Numbered from the stretch's first letter, positions 12,313 through 23,683 are shown. The stretch: 64,000 nt of DNA from Octopus bimaculoides (GCF_001194135.2 NC_068981.1:199746515-199810514); one strand, 5' to 3'. The notes: generated from the letters alone by a model not told the origin. Translations and numbers: made by a program.

Positions 12313-14249
12313 AATAAACTTTACCTTGTTTCGAGAGGTTAACATAAATAGATCAGTATATACAGATGTCTTCATTATATAGAATAACAGTAAAAAAAAA
12401 AAAGGTATAGAATAAATGTAAAACTCAATAATAAATCAATATTAAAATGAAATAATTTAGCAATTTCTGTATTTATTGGACAAATACATATTGGAAATTG
12501 CTATTAGCAATAACAAAAATATAAATTGAATAACAAATTTCTGCTTGGAAACCATATTATTAAGATAAAGAAACAAGGATGCTGCAATTGGGTGAAATCT
12601 TTAATATATCTTTATTGAGGGAGAAAAATCAGTTAGTTGTAAAGAGACAACTTTAGCATCATATTATATAAAACGATGTTTAATCAGCAGCCACTGTAGT
12701 CACATTCAATGAGAGGACAGTACAAATGATGACCTATTCATAATGATGGAAATAACACTGCTTTGCAATGTTTTAACTTCCGTGTAATTGTCTTAATTTG
12801 AATATAAAGTTAACAGCACTTGAGATATAATTCTAGAAGATCCTTTAAAGATGGCTATTTCAATATCAAACAGAGTATCTAACATGTCCTACAAGAAGAA
12901 TGAAGCTCAGAAATGGAAAGAAACTGCAACTTCAAAAGGAATTCTAATATTTTTACAAATAAACTTTTCAAGTATTTTTTCAGAGATTGTATTAAAAAAA
13001 ACAAAAAAACAACCAGGGTTGTGCTGAGAAATATAACATGAACATTTCTATATTTTGATTGTTTTACATTTATTTTTCATTAGTTTAATGCCATTGTTAA
13101 GTGAGTTACAGGGATTCTAGTTTTTACTGTTTTATATATGTTGTGTACTTTATATATATTCATATCATCATCATTTAACATGTTTTCTGTGCTGACAAGG
13201 GTAGGACAGTTTGACAGGATCTGGCAAGCCACCGCACTTCATGTGTTCCAGTGTCAGTTTTGCTATGATGCCCTTCCAAACACCAACCATTTCACAGTGT
13301 GTACAAAGTAATTTTTTCATGCTACGAACACCAGTGAAGTGGCTAATTTGAAAGAGAAAAAGAACAAGTTTGTGCGTTTGTTTTGCTATGTATGATAACT
13401 GCTTCTATATCGTTTTCTGTAGTTCACATATTCCTGTATCACATTCTTTCTCCCTCTCAGTTTCAGTTAGGGTTAGGGGCATTTGTTGTAAAACAGTTTT
13501 TTTAAACTATTACTGATAATGCAATACAAAAACAGAAGCCAGGGCTTCTATCAACTATTCTTTTGTGACTGTATGGCAGCCCCTTCCATTTCTGGCAAGA
13601 TAGAGGTATGACGCACTTTCCCAGTTCCTTGATGCATTCCAAAGTAAGGCAGCATTGTACTTTGCAATACACCTTTCCAAGAGTTAACCTCAATCAAGTT
13701 CTTTTGGGTTCATAACATTACCAAAACAGTTGCTGTTGTTAATACCATTAAGCTCTTTATTTCAATAGAGCTGTACTGGATTCTTTGTGCTTAGTCATAC
13801 AATAACACATGTGTAAGATGTCTGAAATATTCTGCCTGTTTAATTTTCAAATTTTTAAATCTATCTCTTTACATAGTTTCTCCTACTACACTAGCAACTA
13901 CTTTTTTACTGCTCTATTATATGAAGAAGCCATGATGAAAAAATATTAAAATGTTCAAAAAAAAAAAAAACATTCTTTTCAGCCCAAGTGGTAGACATAC
14001 AAATGTTCCAAAGCCTTTTCTCAACAAAATAATCCAATAATCATATTAAAAAATTTTTTTTTACATGAAATAAAATTGGTAGTAATCCAATTTTCATGAA
14101 GCTTCAAAACAGAATAGTTTCTATGATAGGCAAAAGGCCACACATTTGTGGATGGGGGCAAGTGGGATAAGCAATTATATCGATCCGAGTACTTGACTGG
14201 TATTTTACCAGATCATCGCAGGATCTGGATATAGAATCTAAAGGGACAT

Positions 14250-14600
14250 AAACACATGGTCAAGGGTTCAGTTACACTGTGTGGTACCATGAGCAAGTGT
14301 CTTCTACTATAGTCTAGAGCTGACCAAAGACTTGTGAGTGGATTTGGAAGACAGAAACTGAAAGAACCCTGTCATGTTTGTGTGTGTGCCTGTCTACCAC
14401 CGCTTGGCAGCCAGTATTGGTGTTTACATTCCTATAACTTAGCAGTTCAGGAAAAGAGACTGATAGAATAAATACCAGGGTAAAAAAAAAAAAAAAAACA
14501 AGTACTGGAGTGGATTCATTTAGCTAAAAAATTCTTCAAGGTGGTACCCCAGCATGGCCACAGGCTAATGACTGTAACAAGTAAAAAATAAAAGATAAAT
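14250..14600 (+). mobile_element. tRNA-derived SINE, near full length, diverged
   Basis: catggtcaagggttcagttacactgtgtgg...gagcaagtgtcttctactatag...gatttggaagacagaaactgaaag...ccagcatggccacag. Confidence 0.7.
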
Positions 14601-14669
14601 CCCAAAGTCTATTCAAATGTCTACTCATCAATGTTATTTCAGTTTACAGTCACAAAATGATAAATTTTG

Positions 14670-16514
14670 TTATGTTTCACAATTGAAAAGTTTCACTCCA
14701 GTGTGTATTTGTTTGTGTGCTTTTAAGAGATTGTTAGTGATAAAAGATTTCCCACACAGATCACAATAATAAGGTCTTTCTCCAGTGTGGATTCTTTTAT
14801 GGACTAAAAGACTGCAATTGACAGAGAAAGATTTGCCACAAATGTCACAGTGAAATGGTTTTTCTCCAGTGTGGCTACGTATATGGATAACAAGACTTGA
14901 ATTATTAATGAAATATTTACCACATATCCCACAATGAAACAATTTCTCTCCACTGTGTATCCTTTTGTGACTGGTTAAATAGCTATTATCGACAAAAGAT
15001 TTACCACATATATCACAATGATATGGTTGTTCTCCAGTGTGTATCCGTGTATGTCTTTTTAATTTACTGTTAGAGACAAAAGACTTGTCACATATTCCAC
15101 AGTGATAAGGTTTTTCTCCTGTGTGACTTCGTATGTGAATAACAAGACTTGAATTTTGAATGAAAGATTTGCCACATATATCACAATAAAATGATTTTTC
15201 ACCAGTGTGGATTCTCTTGTGTTTCCTTAAATCACTGTTATAAACGAAAAATTTCCCACATATATCACAGTGGAAAGGTTTTATTCCAGTGTGTATTTCT
15301 TTGTGTCTGGCTAAATTACTGTCAGAGACTAAATACTTGCCACATATATCACAGTGAAATGGTTTTTCTCCAGTGTGACTTCGGATATGGATAATTAATT
15401 TTGCATTATTCATGAAGGATTTTCCACAGATTTCACAGTGGTATGGTTTCTCTCCACTGTGTAATCTTTTGTGTGTTGTTAAATAGCTGTTATCAACAAA
15501 ATACTTCCCACATATATCACACTGATACGGTTTCTCTCCAGTATGACTACGAATGTGTATAACAAGTTTTGAATTACTCATCAATGATTTCCCGCATATC
15601 TGACAGTGGTAGGTTTTCTCTCCAGTGTGGATTCTTCTGTGTTTTGCCAAACTACTATTATCAATAAAAGATTTCTCACATAACCCACAGTGATAGGGTC
15701 TTTCTCCAGTGTGGATTCTTTTGTGTTTTGTTAAATCACTTTTGCAAATAAAAGATTTTCCACATGTTTCACACTGAAACGGTTTCTCTCCAGTGTGGAT
15801 TCTCTTATGACTTGTTAAATAACTATTATCAAAAAAAGATTTGCCACATATATCACAGTGATAAGGTTTTTCTCCAGTGTGACTGCGTATATGGATGACA
15901 AGATTTGATTTATTAATAAAAGATTTCCCACAGATTTCACAACAGTATGGCCTTTCTCCAGTGTGGATTCTATTATGCCTTGACAAACTACTATTGTCGA
16001 CAAAAGATTTCCCACATATATCACAGTGATAAGGTTTCTCGCCAGTATGAATTCTTTTGTGTCTTGTTATTTTACTGAGTGAAACAAAACATTTCCCACA
16101 TACATCACAATGGTAGGATTTCTCTTCAGTGTGGATTCTCTTGTGTCTTCTTAACTTGCTGTTCGACACGTAAGACTTCCCACATACTTCACAGTGAAAT
16201 GGTTTTTCTCCAGCGTGGATTATTTTGTGACGTTTTAACTTATTGCAATTTACAAAATACTTCCCACAGATTTCACAGTTAAAGAGTTTTCCTTTGTCAT
16301 GTATTTCTTTGTGTGTAAAGACTTCCTCTTCTGAAGAAAATGTCTCCTTACAAATCTCACAGCAATATTCAGTTAAGTTTTTGTCTGGCGATGTTTGTTT
16401 AGTAAATGTTTCACTAGATAAAGATTTCTCACCACTGCATGTTTCTGTTACTGAATCGATATTGTTAAAAACAGGTGCGTTATTAAAAGTGTCCAAGGGA
16501 TTAACGTCTTCCAT
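14670..16514 (-). CDS. Poly-C2H2 zinc-finger protein, 614 aa, 20 fingers, MEDVNPL-leader subfamily (paralogue A)
   Basis: Uninterrupted ORF; about 50-aa leader, then 20 C-x2-C-x12-H-x3-H units with TGEKP-type linkers; an in-frame TAA 24 nt upstream of the ATG supports this start; no KRAB/BTB/SCAN domain recognisable. Confidence 0.95.
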   Translation of the reverse strand: MEDVNPLDTFNNAPVFNNIDSVTETCSGEKSLSSETFTKQTSPDKNLTEYCCEICKETFSSEEEVFTHKEIHDKGKLFNCEICGKYFVNCNKLKRHKIIHAGEKPFHCEVCGKSYVSNSKLRRHKRIHTEEKSYHCDVCGKCFVSLSKITRHKRIHTGEKPYHCDICGKSFVDNSSLSRHNRIHTGERPYCCEICGKSFINKSNLVIHIRSHTGEKPYHCDICGKSFFDNSYLTSHKRIHTGEKPFQCETCGKSFICKSDLTKHKRIHTGERPYHCGLCEKSFIDNSSLAKHRRIHTGEKTYHCQICGKSLMSNSKLVIHIRSHTGEKPYQCDICGKYFVDNSYLTTHKRLHSGEKPYHCEICGKSFMNNAKLIIHIRSHTGEKPFHCDICGKYLVSDSNLARHKEIHTGIKPFHCDICGKFFVYNSDLRKHKRIHTGEKSFYCDICGKSFIQNSSLVIHIRSHTGEKPYHCGICDKSFVSNSKLKRHTRIHTGEQPYHCDICGKSFVDNSYLTSHKRIHSGEKLFHCGICGKYFINNSSLVIHIRSHTGEKPFHCDICGKSFSVNCSLLVHKRIHTGERPYYCDLCGKSFITNNLLKAHKQIHTGVKLFNCET

Positions 16515-16541
16515 ATTAAATTCTTTGAGAAGTCTTTAAAA

Positions 16542-16644
16542 CTGAGAAATGCCAATTAATATATGATAAGGTACAGCTTCTTGTTTCTGATAGGATTGCT
16601 TGCATGTGCAGAAAATAGGCAAAGCAGATATATTTTCTACTTAC
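16542..16644 (-). other. Predicted 5'UTR intron of paralogue A (103 nt)
   Basis: Donor ATG|GTAAGT (G at 16644) and acceptor TTTCTCAG| ending 27 nt before the ATG; the same -27 acceptor occurs in the other two paralogues. Confidence 0.5.
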
Positions 16645-17299
16645 CATTTAAATACTTGTGGCATACGCGGTCCTCTCCACATCTGCTGTTGTAGACAAAA
16701 TACTTCTTTCTCTATGTTAAAAAATGTGGAGAGGGTTAATGGATAATAAGTGGGGGAAATAAATTAAAATAATAATAAAGAGAGAACGAGGATCCATAAA
16801 GAAGTGATAGAAGAGATTATGGTGAAAATAATGTTTTTTTCTGTAATAGTTTGTAAAGGAAAGGTTTTCATTAAACAAGGAAAACAAAAACCTGATGTTG
16901 TAAATAGAAAAAAGGTGTGTGTGTGTGTGTGTGTTCAATACAGGATGTTTGTATATATATATATATATTTATATATGTGTGTGTGTGTGCATGGAGAGTC
17001 AATAAATCAGTATTCACGAATAGTGAAAGAGTAGAGAAAACGTTCTGTGGTAGCAATACAAATATAATCCGCGATCTTCAGTTAAAAAGTTTCTGCTTCT
17101 CAGTTGTTGGGGATCCTTTGTTCCCTGTAAAATAGGGAGGCAAATAATTTAAGGTTGGACTAGTTTCTAACGAAATAAGATATTTAATCTGGCAGATGTA
17201 AGAAAAGCGGATCTTAAAGATGTTATCCACAAACATTAATATTCATCTTAACACCAGATAATTACTAGACATGATGCAGTCTTAATGAACTGAACTAAT

Positions 17300-17385
17300 T
17301 ACACCAGCGGTGCTATGGAAAATGATTCCCTTGTGTGAATGATACCGGCGTCATAACTTAAAAGTCCCCGACATAATTTAAGATA
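17300..17385 (-). promoter_or_regulatory. Conserved upstream block shared by the three MEDVNPL paralogues
   Basis: ggggacttttaa-gttatgacgccggtatc...aagggaa...gcaccgct aligns with 35339-35415 (-) and 53888-53960 (+). Confidence 0.55.
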
Positions 17386-17924
17386 ACCAGAATTACCTTC
17401 AATTGTATCCGTTGTGGTAGTGGTGGTGGTGGGGTTCTCCGTCGTTCGACGATGAGGACTCAGTTGCTCGCTTAATTGAACTACGTGGCCTGAACGAACG
17501 TTTAATTGGCTAAGTATTCCTTAGACATGTTTAGCTTGAACGTAATAATGAGCGTTGGGCCTCAGGGAGGCAAAGTGGTCGAGTTCCTTCAAGCGTTACA
17601 TCTACACACTACATTTGGTTGTGGGCCACATCATACCGATGTGATTCTACATGTTCTATATCCGTTACGTCATACATCATTTCGCTGCATTGCACAAACT
17701 CGTGAAAACAATTACGGCCTTCACCAAACGCCTGCTGCAGCTCTTACAAGCTATCCTAGACATGTAAGATTCATGTTGTTAATATTCTGTTTAAACTGCT
17801 GCAGATTAACATGAGCAGAGAGAAGCTTCCGGAGAAATGATGTTCTGTGATTGAAGGAGTGGTTAGCATGAGGGGAAAGAGTGGTTGGGTGCACCAAATG
17901 TGTCAAGAGGAGAGATAAGTGGGA

Positions 17925-18285
17925 CATCATCATCATCATCGTTTAACGTCCGCTTTCCATGCTAGCATGGGTTGGACGATTTGACTGAGGACTGGTGAAA
18001 CCAGATGGCTGCACCAGGCTCCAATCTGATTTCGCAAAGTTTCTACAGCTGGATGCCCTTCCTAACGCCAACCACTCCAAGAGTGTAGTGGGTGCTTTTA
18101 CGTGCCACTGGCACGAAGGCCAGTCAGGTAGTACTGGCAACGGCCACGCTCAAAATTGTGTATTTTATGTGCCACCTGCACAGGAGCCAGTTCGGCGGCA
18201 CTGGCAACGATCTCGCTCGAATGTCTTTACACGTGCCATCCGGCACAAGTGCCAGGAAGGCGATGCTGGGCACAGGTGCCATTGA
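17925..18285 (-). mobile_element. RTE 3' UTR/tail
   Basis: (CAT)n-cgtttaacgtccgctttccatgctagcatgg...; contains GCCAGT..ACTGGC subrepeats. Confidence 0.85.
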
Positions 18286-18649
18286 CGGTGAAGCCAGTCA
18301 GCTCTGAAGAACAGAGGTCAAGGTAGTAATGGTAGAAAAGATAGAGATAGAGATAGCATGCTTATGAACTAGAAGCTGGAGTAGTATGTCTGTTAGTGAT
18401 GGAGTGTTAATCAACCAAGTAGCCCTCCTCTGGATGCAGTCCAGAATGTCAGTATGGGTAGCAGTAGCACTATCCCACTATGGGTTTCATTTGAAAATTG
18501 TTAGTATCTGTTATGGGCTGAAATATCTTTCAGTTCAAAATAGAAGGACTGGTCTTTCAGATGTAGCTCTAGCTATATCAAGATGTGCTTTTGTCTTCAG
18601 TAATATTGAAGCTCAGCATTTGGGGTGACTACGGGGGCTTTAGCTGTCT

Positions 18650-19560
18650 GTCACTCATGATTAGGAGTGTGCACATTCCAACATGAAATGCTCAAGTTCC
18701 ATCTAGATTTTATAAAACAAAGTCTCTTTGTTTTTCGAGCGCAGAGTGGACATCCATCAGTCATGCTAAACTGACCAGATATAGAAAAACAGGCAATTTT
18801 TGGTTCACCTTTTCTAGAACCTCCCCAGCCTCCAGGTGAGCAGTGCCCTCTCCAAAAGGGGCTGCTCAGACACCCATGCAGCAACTGAATCCTATTACTG
18901 TCTTGGGCAACAAGGAGATGACTTTATATCTAGCATAGGCCGCCTATGTGCTTCCAACCTGTCAGGTCTTCATGCTTCACCACCTTTCCATCACCGCAGG
19001 ACTTCTGAATAAAAATAAAATAGATATATATGAAAACTGAATATATACTAAAAATAAAATAAATATATATAGGGAAAGAAAAAAAAACAGCACATATCAA
19101 GAAGAGGTCAGAAATGTTTGTGCAGAGTTTTAGGTCCAATAAGGCTTGCACAACACCTCATAGACCCTCTCTGTTTTATTGACATTATCCAGAGCAAGAT
19201 GTCTGATACCAATATGAGTCGCAGGTTCAGGGATGTGGGAGTTCCATGATCACTAGCACAAATCAAAGATTCCCAAAATGTCCAATGCCATTCCCTGCAT
19301 ATCTGGTTTTATATCAGAATGACCTTCTCCTAGAGACATGCTTCAACAGAAGCTGAGGGTTGCCTCACTCCCAGTGGAATTTCAGGATTTCTGCATACCC
19401 GTGCTATTGCTAGATAGCCATTGAGCCTGCACTAGATTCATCCGACCTTTCAACAGATCTTGTTTCTAATCCTGCAGAGTTTCCAGCAACCCTCCTCATC
19501 AGGGTAGCCTAGTGGGGGTGTCGGTTGAGTTGCAGGCAACCCGACCATGCAACAGGTTGT
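18650..19560 (-). mobile_element. RTE-type LINE 5' UTR and start of the APE endonuclease domain, decayed
   Basis: Minus-strand ORF 18651-18884 ends RWNLSISCWNVHT (APE domain I motif xSWNV); upstream is a GC-richer UTR with ggagaaggtcattctgatataaaacc. Confidence 0.5.
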
Positions 19561-20039
19561 ACTGGATTCCATGTTACCAGTAACACTTATGAATGCCTCA
19601 TAAGTCAGGAAAAAGATGTATTCGTCTATCTGTTAACAGAGTGGGTATATTATCTGAAATGTACAGTATTGTATATCCATCATGGCTAATCTTACCAATT
19701 GGCTTTGTGCTAGGAGTGTTAGGTAACAATCCAATTAAATAGCCCTACACTCATCAAAGGAATGAATTATATGGAATGAATTATAGCAACTGGTCTCTAT
19801 TGTTGGAGGTGAAAAGACATCCAGTTTGCAGCTGCTGTGAGAAGATGATGAAACGAAACAAGCAGGGGATTTAGTTAAGAGTTATGTCCCTTGGTACACC
19901 ACTGAGTCGGTTATGCTGTAAGTTGGTAATGAGCTATTATAAAACAATTATAAATAAGGACAAAAGAAAAAAAAAAAATTATATACTAGGAGAAGGTCAC
20001 TCTGATATAAAACCAGATATGCAGGGAATGGCATTGGAC

Positions 20040-20245
20040 ATAGTTGTATATGAGGCAGAGATAACAGGCATAGAACCAAGTGGGCAACCAAAGGTGCGAA
20101 AGTGTGTTGGAGCAACTGAAGGCCTCTTCAGAACCCACTTTGACAACCACAAGTCTTCCTTCAGCATCCCGGAGAGACACAATGTCACAACCCAGGCCAA
20201 GCACATTTGGTCTTTGAAACAAAACACCACTGAATACAACATAAA
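20040..20245 (+). mobile_element. Penelope-like GIY-YIG endonuclease fragment
   Basis: IVVYEAEITG...KCVGATEGLFRTHFDNHKSSFS...TTQAKHIWSLKQNTTEYNIK matches the V(I)Y..YIG.T...R..NH.SSF..HIW.LK pattern of PLE endonucleases. Confidence 0.7.
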
Positions 20246-20306
20246 GCCATATTATTGTGATATGTGTGGAAAATTGTTTCTCAGTACAAGTTATTTAACA
20301 AGACAC
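20246..20306 (+). pseudogene. Isolated single C2H2 finger fragment
   Basis: KPYYCDMCGKLFLSTSYLTRH, with codon style like the cluster ZNF genes. Confidence 0.7.
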
Positions 20307-20311
20307 TGTAG

Positions 20312-22300
20312 GCACATTTGTGGGTTAGATTTTGTCTTTGTGTACTTTTAATCACCCGTGGTACTCCAGACCAGCACCTCCAACACTTAACCCGGCTGTT
20401 CATGTGCCTATGTTCCTATGACGTGAAAATCAATCCAGCTAAGTGTGTCTTTGGTTCTACCAGACTGGAATTCTTGGGACACCTAATCAATGCTGATGGT
20501 ATTTATCTACTTCCCTATAAAGTGAAAGTCATCAAACGCTTGTTTCCTCCTGTTTCCTTAAAACAGCTCAGAAATGTTATTGGTGTAATTAATTATTATC
20601 ATCATCGTTTCATTCCTAAATGTGAAGAGAAGTTGCTTCCTTTGACCCAGCACTTGAAAGATCAATGAAAGAAAGACGCACAGATAACGCTGTCTCCTAC
20701 AGCCATCCAAGCTTTTGAATCTGTCAAAGCTGACCTTGCTCAAGCATCCTTCCTCACTCATCCTATTCCGGATGCAAAATTATCACTTACTGTCGATGCA
20801 TCATCATCTGCTAAAAGTGCAGTTTTAGAGCAATCTGTAAACAGCCAAAGCCAGCTATTAGTCTTTTTCTTGTGCCAGCTGAAAAATGCTGAAATGAGAT
20901 AGAGTGTATTTGGTAAAGAACTTTTAGCAATTTACCTGGCATTGAAGCATTTCTCTTATTTTTTGAAGGTAGAGACTTCACGATTTTCTCTGACCACAAA
21001 CTGCTAATGTTTGCTCTCTTTGCAAAAGTGGACTGGTATTTGCCCAGAGAAACAAGGCAATTGGATTATATATCACAGTTCACTGGTGACATTCACCACA
21101 TCGCTGGCATTAACAACATCCTCGCCGACATCTTATGTCACCTGCCTAAAGGTGCATTTTGTCTCCTACTTCGATTGATTTGGTTGAACCAAACTCTCTC
21201 CTTGGATTCTCTGGACATTTCCTCACCACAGTTTTCCTGCTGCAAATTTGAACACCTGCCCCTGCCTTTTTCTGAAGGAATCATTCTCTGTGATGTTTCT
21301 ACCTGGTCACCATGACCCCTCATTCCTGAATGCCACCATCATGCTGTTTTTGAAGCACTGTATTCATTATCACACCCTGACATTGCAGCCACAGTAAAGC
21401 TTGTCTCGGACCACTTTTTCTGGCTGAATATGCGACGGTCTATTACTGCCTGGTCACGTACCTGTCTACCATGTCAGCATTCCAAGGTGCATCATTACAT
21501 GAGAGCACATCTTGGACAGTTCCAGCCAACCGGACACCAGGTTCCATCACATACACATTGACCTGGTTGGTCCTTGGCCAGTCAGTTGCAGATTTACTTA
21601 TATATTGACCTGCATCGACCATTTCTCCAGATGGTCTGAAGCCATCCCTCTCATGGACATTTCTGGGAAACTGTCACCAGAGCACTCGTCCCTGGGTGGA
21701 TATCTCACTTCAGAGTACCCTGATTGTGAACGCCAATTTGAAGCTTACCTGTTCCGTAAGCTTTTGAGATTGCTCAGAGTTCAGCACACCCACACCGCCA
21801 GTTACAATCCCCCCCTGAATGGAATGGTGGGAAGACTCTACTGACAGCTCAAAGCCACTATTCACACAGCTCCTGGCCCTCGTTGTTGGTCTGAGTTTCT
21901 CTCCATTGTTCTGCTAGGGTGCTGCTCAGCTGTCAAGGAGGATTTTGGTCATCCTCCGCTGAGCTCCTGTGTGGCACCACCTTAGCACTTTCTGGACAAA
22001 TGTTGGCGGCCGTCGACTTACCGAATGTAGACCCCACATCTTACGTCATGTGACTCAGGTCATTCTTTGCTGACCGGCCACTGATGCTCCCTCCTGACCA
22101 GTCTATTTCCTCTGCAGTACCTCCAGATATTTCTACCTGGACTCATGTGTTTGTAAGAGATGATGCCATCAAGGGACCACTTGCACCTTCCTACACTGGA
22201 CCCTATCGTGTTCTTAAAAGCACACCCACCAAAACTGTTCACTGTGGACACTCACGGTAAAAAAGAGACTGTCTCTATCGACAGAGTAAAAAAAAGCCTT
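20312..22300 (+). mobile_element. Ty3/Gypsy LTR retrotransposon pol relic (RT C-half, RNase H, integrase), 5'-deleted
   Basis: GLDFVFVY[DD deleted]LITRG..HLQHL..KINPAKCVFG..LEFLGH; VDASS..YS.FGKELLAIY..F.L..SDHK; HPDI..T..LV..HFFW, CLPCQ..K, FHHIHIDLVGP, LTCIDHFSRWSEAIP, YNPPLNGMV, GPLAPSYTGPYRV. Confidence 0.9.
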
Positions 22301-22499
22301 TTCTGAAACATTTATGCCACACCCATCATCCCACAAACACTGCCACCCCCAACCCCACCAGCACCTCCTCCACTCACCAAAACACCAACTAAACAAACAC
22401 ATTCTGGCAGATCGATTCATTGGCCAAAGAAATTACCCCAGACTATTGATATATCTTAACTTTGCCTTGCAAGAGACTGTTCTGGAAAGTAGACTTACG

Positions 22500-23614
22500 C
22501 CATTAGAGGCACTGCATTCACATTTTTTCTCTTTCTGTATCATTGTACATACATGCTTTGTCCTACTTGATTGGACACCTTTCTTTGCTGAACGTTTTTC
22601 CTTGTATTGTATTTTTTTTTTTCAATTGTTCCTACAACTATTTTTGCCATGGTTCATTCTTTTGTGCCCTCCTAGTACACTCCGACTACACTACTATTTA
22701 TCAACCGCTTCTGGCCTAATTAGAAGCCTCTGTAGGTGCATTACCCCACTCAACAGCAAGTCAAACCAGCTGACTAGATACAGAGGGCGTTATGTAACAT
22801 TAAGGTTCAAATACATAACCTCATCTCTCCCCCTTTTCTGCACTAACACGCAAGCTATGAGGATGCAACTTGACTGGCTCTATCTTATGCCACAGGCCAG
22901 CTTGCAGATAGGAGCATAGCACAGAAGACCATGGCCTTTACACACCAATCATTCTATTTACCATTCCATTGTATATATATGAGGGAACCCGTGGAAGAGG
23001 TAGGCCCAGGAAGACCTGGGCTGAGGTGGTGAGGCAAGACCTTCGTACATTGGGCCTCACCGAGGCGATTACTACTGACCGAGACCTTTGGAAATGTGCT
23101 GTGCGTGAGAAGACCCGGCAAGCCAAGTAAGATCGTTGCCAGTGCCCCGGGACTGGTTCTTGTGCGGGTGGCACATGAGATGCACCATTTTGAGCGTGGC
23201 CGTTGCCAGTACCGCCTGACTGGCTCCTGTAGGATTTTCGAGCGAGATCGTTGCCAGTGCCCCTGGACTGGCTTGTGCGGGNNNNNNNNNNNNNNNNNNN
23301 NNNNNNNNNNNNNNNNNNNNNNNNNNNNNNNNNNNNNNNNNNNNNNNNNNNNNNNNNNNNNNNNNNNNNNNNNNNNNNNNNNNNNNNNNNNNNNNNNNNN
23401 NNNNNNNNNNNNNNNNNNNNNNNNNNNNNNNNNNNNNNNNNNNNNNNNNNNNNNNNNNNNNNNNNNNNNNNNNNNNNNNNNNNNNNNNNNNNNNNNNNNN
23501 NNNNNNNNNNNNNNNNNNNNNNNNNNNNNNNNNNNNNNNNNNNNNNNNNNNNNNNNNNNNNNNNNNNNNNNNNNNNNNNNNNNNNNNNNNNNNNNNNNNN
23601 NNNNNNNNNNNNNN

Positions 23615-23683
<69 letters not shown>

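Noticed and set aside
13502-13760. Short ORFs in a moderately GC-richer patch downstream of paralogue A (similar patches at 26550-27090 and 62950-63730)
   Set aside because: No recognisable motif in any frame by eye; probably old TE debris, unresolved without a search.
15191-16282. Short alternative-frame and antisense ORFs over the finger arrays
   Set aside because: Periodic by-products of the 84-bp finger repeat.
16365-16514. KRAB, BTB, SCAN or ZAD domain in the ZNF N-termini
   Set aside because: The leader is about 50 aa and shows none of the diagnostic motifs.
16243-16539. Antisense ORF open across the leader in all three paralogues (also 35010-35246 and 54091-54327)
   Set aside because: Explained as a shadow of the conserved sense sequence; starts differ between copies and there is no independent coding signal. 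It cannot be fully excluded as the cause of synonymous constraint without ribosome data.
23131-23281. CRISPR-like repeat-spacer array
   Set aside because: Eukaryotic LINE 3' UTR subrepeats with irregular, mutually homologous spacers; no cas genes.
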